Positions 39,244 through 51,612 of a stretch of DNA of 64,000 bases are shown in pieces. The stretch spans positions 323,090 through 387,089 of the forward strand of contig NW_003314316.1 of assembly GCF_000143415.4 (NCBI RefSeq), given 5' to 3'. The translations under genes were made by a program, and so were the position numbers. Position 1 is the first letter of the stretch, and the number at the start of each line of letters is the position of its first letter. The stretch is from Selaginella moellendorffii (lineage: Eukaryota > Plantae > Lycopodiophyta). A model generated the notes under the pieces. That model saw nothing but the letters and a program-made list of their open reading frames with translations. It did not search any database and had not been told where the DNA came from.

Positions 39244-41956
39244 GGATGGTAAATTCTATCTCATTCTTGAAATTATCCAGCGATCTTTTGGATGAGCTTA
39301 AGGAGTTTATTGACTTCGACTCCTTTATCACTGATATTCATGTGAAGGTTTTGTTGAGGGATACCTCTATAAATTTGAAGGGTGACAAGTTTGCGTCATT
39401 CGAGATATGAGATAAAATTCTAGTGAAGAAGGGATATATAGTGGTTCCTCATGTTGACAAATTCATCAAATAATTTTTTGTTGAGTGTCATAATGTGCCA
39501 AATGCTAGGCATCCAAGGGTATTGAGAATGTATATGTTAGTGAAGAAGCATTTTTTTTGGCTTGGGATGAAGTCAGATGTTGAGAAGTATGTACGTGGTT
39601 GTTTGACTTGCCAAGTAGTTAAAGTTGATCATCAAAAGCTTGTTGTCTTCTATCATCCTCTACATATACTCAAGAATAAATGGGATAGCATCTCAATAGA
39701 ATTTATCATTGGTTTGCCCAAGAATTTTTTAGGAAATGATGCTATTTGGGTTGTTGTGAATTGTTTGATGAAGATGACTCACTTCTTCCCAGTGAAGATG
39801 ATGATAAAAGTTTCTAAACTTGTTCAATTATTTGTAGATCGGCTATTCAATCTTTATGGTTTGCCAAGTGACATTTTGATTGGGATCTCAAGTTCATATC
39901 CAAGTTTTGGCAAACGGTCTTTAAAAAGTTAGAGACTAATCTGAGCATGAGTAGTGGTGAGCATCCATAATCAAATGGGCAGATAGGGTGCATGAATTAA
40001 ATGCTAAAGTCTTTTATGGGAAACTTGACTAAATAGGGAGTATGGGAGAAGTACTTAGCTTTGCTTCAATTTGCTCATAATAATGCTCATCAATCTAACA
40101 TGTTTCCTTTTATGGTGATGTATGGCTATGAGCCTAAGTCTCCCATGAGTTTGAGTTTAGCTTTGATTCGGGTACCTCATGTTTGTGATTTCTTGAAGGA
40201 TATGCAAAACAAATTTGAGTTAGCAAAGTTGAACATGAGGCAAACTCAAGATCAAGACAAAAGATTGGCTGATGAGTGTCGTCATCATCAAGAGTACAAA
40301 GTTAGTGACAAAGTTTTCCTTAAGCTATCAAATGCACAATGGTTTTTGAAAAGAGATAGTAGTGCTAAGTTGTTTTCACAGTGTTGTGGGCCTTGAACAA
40401 TTTTATAGCGCATGGGAGATCTTGCATCAACATTTTTTCATTGCCCCAAACTAGAAGTATAAGAAGTTTATCTTTTCCAGGCCATGGATATAGGATATGG
40501 AGTGCACTGCAGCAACATCTTGCTTAGAGGTCCTGTTGGAGCATTAAGGATAAGAAAAAGCTCTATTTCATCATGAAGATCCAGAACTCATGCTTTTGTT
40601 TCAACGAATGAGGTGCAATGATAAGGAGAGCTTTTCTTTCAAAGCCAGTTCAGAGTGTTTGACAACAGCACCTCGCTGTAGATTTCAGTGGAAGTCTGCT
40701 CATACTGTAGAGATCGAAAGCCATTCGTAACGAAAACAAATATTCACCTTTTGAGTTTCGCCATTGACTTTAAAACTCCCGTCCATGGGAACAACTTTGA
40801 AAACATTCCCATTGCCTTTGTAAGCCTCTCCAAACGTCCCTTCTCCTATCTTCACTATTGTTTTCAGATCACTTAGCACAGATAAAACGAGTTAGTCCGG
40901 AAAGAAAATAACCGAAAGTACCCACCAAAACTCTGAAAATCCTTGTGAAAGGCTGACAATACTTTCCTGGTCTGACTCGTGTAGCAGGATGTCTATCATC
41001 GACATTGTGGGAAGCTCTTGTGGGGAAAAATACACAACAACCAAGAAAGACAGGAAAGACTCCCCTAGGGCTTGTATTTCAGCAGTAACTACAAATCACT
41101 CATACTGAGTGCGCTGGGCCTGCAGTAACTCCTCTATGATCACGGCGATGGGATCTTGACGGCCTATAAGAGGTCCCACCATCTTCAAGCAGAGAGAACT
41201 CCAGAACCCGAGAGAGAAAACAAGAACTATAAAATAACTGAATGGCTGTACCTAATTTCAAACTCCCAAAAACTTAAACACCAACCAATGGCTGAAACTT
41301 TCCCAGCTAATAAGTCTTCATCCACAACTCCGATCGACTTGATTTTACCACCAAAGAATTGCCCTTGATCAGATCTTCAACTTTCTAGAAAACAACTTCT
41401 TCAAATTCTCACTTCTGAAATCCGTCATTTTTTCTCTCTCTAGACGAAATATTCATAGGAAGCTTCTTCAGCGAGCTTCTTCATTTTTCACCTTTTTCTA
41501 GCTTAGAAATACGTCAGTACTCACAAAAACAACCTCAAGTATGAAAATACAACCGTATATATGGTTGACACCATACCACCCTGATACTCGCGCCGCCCTC
41601 GGCACGCTGACTGCCATTAACCACTGACTTCTTGACTGGTTCAAACCCAACTCTGCTACACTTTCCTCTGACACCGCTCAACTCGACTCCATTTGACTTC
41701 TCACACGGCGACACTCCGCCTCTTTCAACTCTTCTCCTACACTATTGCTGAGCTCGCCTCCACCGACGTCTACAGCCTCCATAAATAAATCCTCCTGGCG
41801 CTCCACACCTGAACTCATAAAATCTCCCCCTTCAGCTGCTCCTCTCAAGGATGTGCAGCTAACTCTACCTGCGTCTTCTACGCTTGTTCTTAAATGAAAA
41901 CACCAACATACCTCCATTCGATTCTGGAACTTCCCATTCAGCTACAACCACAGCTC

Positions 41957-44900
41957 TCAGCTGGCCTCAGCTCTGGTCATCCTCGACTCTGATTCGGATG
42001 GCTCCGACACATTGGACTCTGGCTCAGCTCCGGCTGTTTCATCATTTGAACGTGTATGGTACTTTTTCAATCGGAAACCATTGATCCGCGTTGGCAGCAG
42101 GTTTCCACTCAAATCTGCCACCTGCACCGAGCCATTGTCGTTGACATTCACCACCACGTAAGGGCCCAGCCACCGTATCTTGAGTTTTCCTGGCCGCTTC
42201 CAAAACTTGCTGTCATACAGCAACACCAAATCCCCTATTGCAAACTTCCGCTCTCGAATATGATCATCATGCCATTTCTTTCTCCGCTTTTGCAATGCCT
42301 CTCTAGCTTGAAATGCCAGCAGCCTCGTCTCATCCAATCGTTCTAGCTCGTTCAACCTCTGCTGTATGGCACCGTCCCAGTCCATAGCATGCTCTACAGC
42401 CGTCCTCAAGGCTGGAACTTCAAGCTCCACCGGCAATAGTGCTTCCTGCCCATAAACAAACTGAAAAGGTGAGAACCGAGTGGTCACCTTAAAAGCAACT
42501 CGATACGCCCAGACTGCATCCAAAAGGCGCTTATCCCAATCCGTCCGAGAAGCTGAGCAGGTCTTAGTAACAATCCGGCAAAGAGTTCCATTTGTACGCT
42601 CCACTTGACCATTGCAACACGGGTAGTAAGGAGTAGACTTCGAGTGATAAACTCCATAAGTTTCTGTCAGTGCTGCCACTGCCTCGTTCAAGAAGTGTGT
42701 ACCCCGATCACTCACCAGTTCGAGGGGAACTCCAAACCGTGTAATTATCTGCTCATAAAGAAAATCCGCCACCTTCTTACCAGTATCCTCCCGTAGAGCC
42801 TTCACCTCAGACCATTTTGTAACGTAATCAGTGCAGACCAGTACATACTTATAACCTGTCCGTCGAGCTGGAGGAAACGGTCCACAAAAATCAATCCCCC
42901 ATTTTTCAAACGGCATCACTGGCAATAGTGGATGAAGAGGTTGGTAGTCACGCTTATCAGGCTTCCCTGCTCGCTGACAAGGGTCACAAGTTTTGACGTA
43001 GTACGTAACCTCCTTCCTCAATGTCGGCCATCAATATCCAGCTCTGCAAATAATCTCCACCGTCGCTTCTGTTCCAAAGTGGCCTCCATATGCCGAATCA
43101 TGGCATGCCGCTATCACCTTAGTCGTCTCATGTGGTAGCAAACACCGCCTCAGTACGCTATCTCGTCCAATCCGGTATAATACACCACCAACCATCGTAT
43201 AGAGTCGGCTCTGCAACAGAAGCCGTCGCTTCTGCCGGTTATTCAACCCTGCCGGATACTCGCCATTGCCAAGGAACTTAACCATCTTGGCATACCAGTC
43301 CGGCACTGTTTCAAATTGGAAGATAGGTGCATCTGGCAAATCATCCTCTACGCCTACTTCCTCATCACTGTCCTGTGGTGGCAGCCTCGATAAGTGATCT
43401 GGCATCTGATGGCTGCTTCCAGGTTTCAACACAATGCGGAACTGAAATTCCTGGAGCAGCAACAGCCAACGTGTGATTCTTCCTGTCTTGCATGGCTTCC
43501 CTATTAAATACTTCAGTGCCTGATGATCAAGGAAAAACACGAACTCCTTGCCAAGTAGATAATGCCGATATTGCTGGATCGCATAGATCATGCCAAGTCC
43601 TTCCCTCTCAGTTGCTGAATAGCTCTTCTCAGCCGTTGAAAGTTGACGGCTGCTGTAACATATTGGATGATCTGCTCGTCCATCTGAGCGTTGACACAGC
43701 ACCACACCAATGGCCACTGCTGATGCATCCACGTGAACGTGAAACTCCAGGTTCCAATCTGGCATCTTCAAAATCGGCGCGTTTACCAGTGCTAGTTTCA
43801 AGCGTTGGAAGGCCGCCTCACATACAATTGTCCACTCATATTTAGCCCCCTTCTTCAGCAGGCTAGTCAAGGGTAGAACTTTCTCAGCAAAGTTCCTCAC
43901 GAAACGGCGGTGATATCCCACATGCCCAAGAAATGCCTGCAATTGCTTCACAGTCTCTGGTGACACCAGCTGCATGATCACCTGCGTCTTGGCCGGATCG
44001 ACAGCTAAACCTTCTCTTGACACTATCCGACCCAGCAGCACTCCATGCGTTACCCAGAACTGACACTTGAACGGGTTGAGAGAAATCCCATAGTGCCGAC
44101 AGCGTTCAAAACACTTCTCGAGAAGGCCTTCATGCGCCAACTCACTCCCATAGACACTGAAGTCGTCAAGGAATACTTCCATAAACTCTCGCATGTACGG
44201 CTGGAAAGCTGCTGTGACAACCCGCTGAAAGGTAGCAGGTGCATTACACAGGCCGAAGGGCATAACTTTGTAGGCGTAGCAGCCCCACTCAGTCACAAAC
44301 GTGGTTTTGAGCTGATCCTCTTCTGCTATCTGCACTTGGTTATAGCCGCTGAATCCGTTGAGGAAGGAATAAAGCTCGTGTCCCGCCACAGCATCAAGTA
44401 CCGTGTCAGTAAAGGGCAGAGGGAAGCCATCCTTCTCAGTCACCTCGTTCAGCTTCCGGTAATCCACACAGACTCGCAGCTGACCATTCTTTTTCGGCAC
44501 CACCACAATCGGAGACAGCCACTGGCTCATTTCCACCTCGTAAATAAACCCAGCTCGCAGCAACTTCTCCAGCTCCTCTCGAACAGTCTTGGAGTAATTC
44601 GGGTTCATCCTATACGGCCGCTGCCAAATAGGCACTGCTCCTGGCTTGAGAATGATCCGGTGCTGAGCCAGCTTCACATCCACACCTCGCATGTCTCTAT
44701 AAGACCATGCAAACACGTCGAGGTACCTGTAAAAGAGGCGCCTCAACCTTTCCTTAACTTGGACCGGCAAGTTAGCTCCGACCTTCACCACCTTTTCCTC
44801 CTCGGCTGATCCGAGGTTCATCTCTTCGACAATTGGCTGAGCTGTGTATCGGCTACTACCTCGTCCTCCAGGCTGGATCGCTGGCTCTTCATCAATCTCT

Positions 44901-46243
44901 GGAACGGAACCATCTATAACTTCAGAATAAAAATGGCGGGGAAACTGCTGCAGTCGTTCCTGCTCCACTACTGGCTCCAAGTCCTCGACCTGAACCATTC
45001 GACAGCTCACATCACCACCAAACAACCAATGCTTGAGTCGATCACTTGCTGTTCCATCTTCAAAAGGTGACAGCAGCAGGGCATCGTAGCCGGAGCAGGG
45101 CTCCACAGCTGCTACCTCCACTGAACTCTCATCATTCGACCGACTCTGCTCCGAACACACCTCACTCATACGCTCTCCTGCTTCTGATCCAGTCGTGGTA
45201 TCACTACTGTCATCGATCCCATCCACTATCGGCTCACATGCCACTGGAGTCCAGGCCGGCCTCTTCCTCGTCCGAACTTGGATAGTGCGCGACTTGTTTC
45301 CATCTCCAATCTTAATAGTCCCCTTCGGCCAACTCTGATCTGCCCAGGCCTGTAACAACCACGGTCTTCCCAAAAGAATTGGATAATCCAGCTCATGTCC
45401 AACCATCCTCAGCACCACGTAATCAACATAAAAGATAAAACCGGCAATCTCCGTCTTCACCCCAGTAAGTACACCAACCGGTCTCGAGCGAGAATGATTC
45501 GCCATGCGGACACGAAAATAAACTGGAGACAGCTGCTCCAACCCAAGTTTTGACACCATTTGCTCAGGCATTACGTTGATGGCAGCACCTCCATCAATCA
45601 CGCACCCCTTCAAGTGCTGACCTGAAATCTCTACATCTATAATCGGATTCTCTGCTTCGATCATCGGCCATGCTGCATTCACTACCACCTCTCGATGGGC
45701 CTTGACTGCTGTGGCCACCACTTTCCTCAGACTTGGTGCCAGCTGTAGTAATTGCGCAAATGTGATACTCGGCTTCTGATTCTCTAAGTCCTTGAGCACG
45801 TCGTAGGGCTGAGTTTCCAGATTTAGCACTTGCTTATACCGGCGAGATCTCCGCTGGCCCATCTTCAACGGCTCACCCCCAAAATGTTCCTTGAATACCT
45901 CTGCCAGCCGCTGCAGCGTCGAGATGCCCACCTTCCTCATAACCTCTTGCGGATCCATTCCACCACTCACCTGGTTCGCATCCGTTTCCTTGCCGTCATT
46001 AGGGCACTGAATAGTCCCCGTGATATTCTTGGCGAGATCTCCGCCATCGGCTATTGGCGCATCCTGAATGCCGCCTCCTTCCAGACCTAAGTCGATCCCC
46101 ATTTTTTCCTTGTGGTGCTGCTCCTTCCTGTTTTGGCAAGCTATCATCTCTGGATCCTCCTGAGTATGCGTCCGCTCAATTCTCTGTTCAGCCCTTGTTC
46201 TCGGCTCATCTCGGATGTACAACCCGCGGTCCCTCCGCTGCAA
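41957..46243 (-). pseudogene. pol: Pol (protease, RT, RNase H, integrase), in frame with gag; internal stop at 43031
   Basis: VIDGGAAINVM protease, [24 protein letters not shown] RNase H, KWGIDF...SDRGTHF...NGQVE integrase, WLGPY; RAGY*WPT stop. Confidence 0.93.
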
Positions 46244-47692
46244 CTATGCTCGTGTGTTGACATTCCACACAGGTGTGTCCGCTCTCAACTCTTCAGAATT
46301 CACAAAAATGGCTTTAGTATCCACCACCTCTTTTCCCTTGTCCTGATTTTGACGCTGATTTGGCACTTGCAAGCAGTAGGGGCAATCCTCCTGTCGATGA
46401 AGTCCCTGTGTCTGGCATATCCCACAGATTGGCTGATACTCTTCAGACTTCTGTGCATTCGGACAGTTTGGTGCGATATGTCCAGGTTCCCCACACCGGT
46501 AGCACACTATCGGGCCTCGGCCTCGGCCTCTGCCTCTGCCTCCGAACATTCCCATCCGGCCGCCACCTCGGCCTCCACCGGCAGTCTGCTGCAGCATTGG
46601 CCCCGAGTTCTGCACAGCTCCTGGAGCTCCTACGTTAAAAACCGGGTACGTCTCATACTGCTGGTGCTGAACCTGTTGCTGTGGAAATTGTTGTTGATGG
46701 TGAAATTGTGGTTGAACGTAATAGCTTGCGACTACAGGTTGCTGCTGGAACTTGGGCGTCACACGAGCTGGATGAAAAAAGCACTTCTCAGGCTTGTGGC
46801 CGAACTTCCCACAATACGGACAAGGAGCTTTTGCTGGTATCAGATTCGGACATTCACTAGGATAGTGGCCATATCCTTGACACTTAATGCACCAGATCTC
46901 AGCTCTCTCATGCACCGGCCGAGTTGGAGCTCCCAAACCTTGAACCAGACTCACTTGGAGTTCTGCCATCTTCTTGGTAAGTGTCTCCACCACATCTTCT
47001 TTCACTTTTGTGAGTTGGCTCTCAAATCCGGTCATGTTTCCTACAGGTAACTGGAGAACTGACGGCTGGACCGGAATCAAAGGTGGAGCTGCTACGGCTC
47101 CAAGCACACCAGTCTGGTACTGTGCAATATTCGGTGAGAACAAGTTACCATATGTTGCTGGTGGAGCTGCAGCTGCAATATTCCGCGATGACATCCGGGC
47201 CTGTTCCCATGTTGCTGCGTGCTCCACTGCTGCGTTCAAATCTGCCGGTCTTTGCACCTTCACGTGGAACCCGATTTCAAATGGCAACCCATTCAAGAAC
47301 CAGCGGACTTGGTCGTCAGCGGCAGGCTGTGGATCTTTCCTCGCGAGCAGCCTCTTGTAGCGAAGAACATAATTTTGCAATGTCTCTCCAGGTAACAATT
47401 GAATTGAATTTAGCTCATCACTGATACGCTGCTTGAATCCCATAGGACGGAAAGCATTGAGAAATGCTGTTTTGAGGTCTGCCCAGGCTGCAAAGGCTGC
47501 TGCTGCATTCGCCTGACCATACCATTCTGCTGCTGCTCCCAGCAATGTTGCCGGAAACAGACGGACTCTCACAGCATCTGCCTGCTCCTGATTTGCTGTG
47601 CTGACGTTTTCAAAAGCAGTTACGTGAGCGTCTGGATCGTCAGTCTGTGTAAACGTTGGATACTTCATCCTCGCATTGGCAGGCTGTGCCAT
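46244..47692 (-). CDS. gag: Gag with multiple CCHC zinc knuckles
   Basis: Retrotrans_gag-like DPDAHV...LFPATLLGAAAEWY...W.DLKTAFL; knuckles CIKCQGYGHYPSEC, CPYCGKFGHKPEKC, CYRCGEPGHIAPNC. Confidence 0.9.
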   Translation of the reverse strand: MAQPANARMKYPTFTQTDDPDAHVTAFENVSTANQEQADAVRVRLFPATLLGAAAEWYGQANAAAAFAAWADLKTAFLNAFRPMGFKQRISDELNSIQLLPGETLQNYVLRYKRLLARKDPQPAADDQVRWFLNGLPFEIGFHVKVQRPADLNAAVEHAATWEQARMSSRNIAAAAPPATYGNLFSPNIAQYQTGVLGAVAAPPLIPVQPSVLQLPVGNMTGFESQLTKVKEDVVETLTKKMAELQVSLVQGLGAPTRPVHERAEIWCIKCQGYGHYPSECPNLIPAKAPCPYCGKFGHKPEKCFFHPARVTPKFQQQPVVASYYVQPQFHHQQQFPQQQVQHQQYETYPVFNVGAPGAVQNSGPMLQQTAGGGRGGGRMGMFGGRGRGRGRGPIVCYRCGEPGHIAPNCPNAQKSEEYQPICGICQTQGLHRQEDCPYCLQVPNQRQNQDKGKEVVDTKAIFVNSEELRADTPVWNVNTRA

Positions 47693-48015
47693 TTGAGGAT
47701 TTACTGCTTGAGGTGTGGGCGATGTTGGTTCAAATGGCCCCCACTCCTCCCAATTCAAACTTGAGTCCGAAGTCCTCGGACTAGTTTCAGGGCTGGTTTC
47801 AGGCGAATTCTGCAACAGTCTCCTCGCTGCTCGTTCAGAACGGCCTCGATTCTGCTCTGCCCTTCTAGTAGAAAAATCTAGAAAATTATCCCAGTCCGGG
47901 GATCTACCCGCCAGACCGAGAACCAACTGTGGCAAAGATGCTTACTGCAGATGCCCGCAGATGACCGGCCTTTTCCTCAGGCCCGGTTTACTGCGCAGTT
48001 ACTGCGACTAAGCCC

Positions 48016-48032
48016 TCCCGGCTAACGCACCA
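48016..48032 (-). other. Primer-binding site complementary to a tRNA-Gly-like 3' end
   Basis: Plus strand TCCCGGCTAACGCACCA lies 5 nt inside the 5' LTR edge; the ...TCCCGGC...GCACCA pattern resembles tRNA-Gly 3' ends. Confidence 0.65.
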
Positions 48033-49086
48033 AAAAATGTGGGGAAAAATACACAACAACCAAGAAAGACAGGAAAGACTCCCCTAGGGCTTGTATTTCA
48101 GCAGTAACTACAAATCACTCATACTGAGTGCGCTGGGCCTGCAGTAACTCCTCTATGATCACGGCGATGGGATCTTGACGGCCTATAAGAGGTCCCACCA
48201 TCTTCAAGCAGAGAGAACTCCAGAACCCGAGAGAGAAAACAAGAACTATAAAATAACTGAATGGCCGTACCTAATTTCAAACTCCCAAAAACTTAAACAC
48301 CAACCAATGGCTGAAACTTTCCTAGCTAATAAGTCTTCATCCACAACTCCGATCGACTTGATTTCACCACCAAAGAATTGCCCTTGATCAGATCTTCAAC
48401 TTTCTAGAAAACAACTTCTTCAAATTCTCACTTCTGAAATCCGTCATTTTTTCTCTCTCTAGACGAAATATTCATAGGAAGCTTCTTCAATGAGCTTCTT
48501 CATTTTTCACCTTTTTCTAGCTTAGAAATACGTCAGTACTCACAAAAACAACCTCAAGTATGAAAATACGACCATATATATGGTTGACAGCTCTACAACT
48601 GGTTTCGAAATGCTTAAGCATTCCAGGTCTGATATAAGAGTGTCCATGGGCCTTGGTCTCAACACACCACGGACGGGAGGTGTTCTCAAGGCAGCGCTCA
48701 AAAGATCCTCTGGACTCACAAAAATCTCCTCCGGAACAGCTTCCAAATGTCCATCCCTCGCAGGAAGAAAGCACGTACTGCCTTCGAAAATTGATCTCCG
48801 AGTAAAAGTTTTGGGAGAAGGACTCTCCTCCTGGAGCTCGAACGCATCCACTTCGGCAAAATGTGCTTGCTTCTCTCGAACAAAAGTGGCTGGAGGTTTC
48901 AAAGGAACCACCCTTCTCTGGGATCCATGAAAAAACTCAGGAACTCTCAAAACCTGGAAAAACCCAAAGACTTACTTTCATCTGGGCCGAAAAACGTTGC
49001 AGCGCACAAGGTATCTTATGGTGCGCAAAATCCTTTTGAAAGACCACACTTGTTCGTCTTGAAGAATCCAATCCACGAGTAAAGAT

Positions 49087-49854
49087 CAGTGCTTCAAAAC
49101 ACGCCGTGCACCACGGCGTGTTGGCGTGGTGACACAAACACGGCCCCCAGCCGTGTTAACACGGGCCGTGTTCATTGACTCGGTCAATGCTCCAAAACAC
49201 GGCTCCAAACACGGTTGAAACACGGTTGAAACACGGTCAAATACCGTGTGACCACGCCGTGTTTTAAAACAATAGCTCACGTGGTTCACGTGAGTGTTTT
49301 GCGCTTTGATGTTTTCTTGTCTTGCGATCAATCAAAAATTCCTCTCAGATGGATCGTATAACAAAGGGTTCTGTGCAGTGGTGGGAGGACAATGGCTACT
49401 CAGGTCCAGATTTGCAGAGGTTGACAATTCGAGTGCTTAGTTAGGCAAGTTCTTCCTCATCTGTGGAGCGATTATTCAGCATTTTTGGGCACATCACTTC
49501 AAAGAAGAGAAATTACTTAGTAGTGAGCCGGATTGCAGACTTGGTATTTGTGGCCAATAATACCAAGTTGATAGGGAGCCACACTTCCTATGACAAGTTT
49601 GTGGGATTGAGCCAGACAGGAAGTATTCCTCAAATTACTAATGTTGATATTGAAGCTATGGAAGAAGAGGATGAAGATGAAAATGATGATCCTGCTAATG
49701 AGGAGCTTCTAGATGAGACGGAGTGATAAGTAGAATATTCTAGAGAATATTCGTGTTTTCACCCGTGTTTATCCGTGTTCATTTCCATGTTCCATGTTCG
49801 TGTTCAAAAAATTGAATGCCATGTTCGTGTTCGTGTTCGTGTTTTGAAGCTATG
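49087..49854 (+). mobile_element. Non-autonomous hAT DNA transposon (768 bp) in a Haspin intron
   Basis: Imperfect TIRs CAGTGCTTCAAAACACG / CGTGTTTTGAAGCTATG, 8-bp TSD GTAAAGAT, subterminal AACACG/CGTGTT repeats, and hAT dimerisation remnant WW...LQRL.IRVLS...VERLFSIFGHITSKKRN. Confidence 0.93.
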
Positions 49855-50316
49855 GTAAAGATAAAAGAAGAACACCGGAAAATCTCACCTGGAAGAAAGA
49901 CAGCGATCGATCCAGCTCTTGGTATGCGTTGTCGTCCTCTTCCCCTCATCGGCGGCACCTCCATCCCTGGCCTTGCCCCGCCGCTTAAAAACAGCAGCTG
50001 GCTTCTTCCTCTCCACTCCCACGAAATCCCCATCTGGCCGATGGATCAAGATCACAAGAACACTAGCAGCGGGGAAAAGAACACACCTGGGAACAGTGCC
50101 TCTTCCGCCATGTCCAAGCTCTGAGGGCTCAAGCATTTCGAATTTTGGGCGGGAAAGGGTTTAGGGCATACATGTGGACAGAAAATGGCATAAAAAGTAT
50201 CGGGAAGTGGGCTGTTTTCTAGGTGACAATAAGAGGGTCTTGGGACGATGTTTCTCTAGAACTTTGGTCGTGTTCCCTGGGCTATTCCCCTCTAGAATTT
50301 GGGAAATCGTTCATTC

Positions 50317-51427
50317 ATGGCTCTTCCAAATTTCAATTTGCTATTGCTGATTATCAATGAGAATTTGTTGATCATATTTGCTAGTAAGTCCTCACCTGTG
50401 TTTTCCTTTTGATTAAATCTATGCATTGCAGCTTTTAGTGCTGCGTGCTTGAAAGACTACACCAAAGCAGGAGTTTTAGCTTCTCTGTTCTTGCTTGGAA
50501 ACTGGATCATAGCTTGGTCTGAGGGGAATAACAAAGATCACGTAAGAATTCCCAATCTCTTCATTTGATTTTACATACTCTTGTCCAACAGATCAACATC
50601 TCCAATGATCTAGAATCCGCATCATTTGTGAAAACCACAAGCTCGTCTCGTAAGATAGAATCTCATAACAACAAATCTGGGGAGACAGTCACAACAATGG
50701 TCATAGACTTCTTTGCAAAATATCATACCCCAGGTTAGAAAACATTCTAAGAAACATTCTAAGATCACTAAATCATTGATATTAAAAAACATCACTATTG
50801 TTTGTGCGTGCCTGTGCAGCCATGATCTTAGCTACAGCACTGGTCCCTCTGGTGCTGGACACGAGCAATCGAAAACACTGGCTTTACTTGTCGCTCGTCG
50901 TAAGCCCATGCGCTCTTGTGATCTCTAGCACAGTCACAACCACTGTCGCAAAAGCCCGAGCTGCGCAATTGGGTCTTGTGATCCAGGGCGGTGCTGGCTG
51001 CCTCACGGCTCTTGCAAGGCTCAAGATCCAGAAGGAGAAACTCCGGGAGGTATTGAGCAACAATGGCGAGATCACTGTGACATGCGAGGATGGCGATGGC
51101 AGCAGCGAGCATGCGCGGCCAAGTCTCGAGCCCAACGAAGTTGCCATGCTCACATCGGCAGCTTGGATTGGGAGAGAGTATGTTGCGGCAGTCTCCTCTT
51201 GCAATCTCTTCTTGCTCGTCACAAAGATGCTCGTCACGGGGTTTGTCGTCGCTGGCTACATTCCAGCGCTTGGGGCAGTGGCCCTCATTGCAGATCTTGG
51301 AGCTTGCACGGCGGTGGCTTTGAGAGGATTTGTCACACTCTTGTTGGTCGAGGAGAAGGGAGCTTCTCGACGAGATCTGGAAGAGCGGAAACAAGGTGAA
51401 TGGGATTTGAGGACTCCGTTGCTTTAG
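50317..51427 (+). CDS. Membrane-only derivative of a P1B-2 (HMA2/HMA4-type) heavy-metal ATPase, 4 exons, 308 aa
   Basis: Exons 50317-50383, 50432-50541, 50592-50733 and 50820-51427 join in frame by GT-AG. Motifs INENLLIIFA...KDY..AG...LFLLGNW, IDFFAKYHTP, KHWLYLSLVVSPCALVIS, AAQLGLVIQGG, ALIADLGACTAV. No TGE, DKTGT or GDGxND. Confidence 0.7.
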
Positions 51428-51545
51428 AATTCTCCAAGTGTTTGCCTTCAAATTGAAACCAAAAGTGTGCCATATGGTGATGCTACAGTTAAGAATAGAG
51501 CGTATATGCTGTATACATGTGTTTACAAAATGACAATACTTAGTT

Positions 51546-51565
51546 TGTATGTATGTATGTATGTA

Positions 51566-51608
<43 letters not shown>
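51546..51608. repeat. (GTAT)n-(TA)n compound microsatellite
   Basis: Read directly from the sequence. Confidence 0.95.

Positions 51609-51612
<4 letters not shown>

Larger units (their letters stand above)
36300..40420 (+). mobile_element. Heavily decayed Ty3/gypsy element (RNase H and integrase remnants), interrupted by a solo LTR
   Basis: TRDKELYAMIAVVKEWQYYLYG, LTRWQEFLQE, HFFWLGMKSDVEKYVRGCLTCQ, WDSISIEFIIGLP, PFMVMYG; many stops; boundaries approximate. Confidence 0.8.
41019..48589 (-). mobile_element. Full-length non-chromoviral Ty3/gypsy LTR retrotransposon (young, inactivated)
   Basis: 552-bp LTRs (41019-41570; 48038-48589) with TG...CA ends and about 7 differences; 5-bp TSD GCTCT (41014-41018; 48590-48594); PBS 48016-48032; PPT about 41571-41583; gag-PR-RT-RH-INT order. 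Confidence 0.97.
40560..50111 (-). pseudogene. Haspin kinase gene disrupted by two TE insertions, with a premature stop and 3' truncation
   Basis: KSWIDRCLSSR-RTS, FVREKQAHFAEVDAFELQEESPSP, and after the retroelement IVKIGEGTFGEAYK...FKVVPMDGSFKVNGETQK-TSTEIYSEVLLS. In-frame TGA at NWL*KK; the rest of the kinase domain was not found. Confidence 0.85.
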
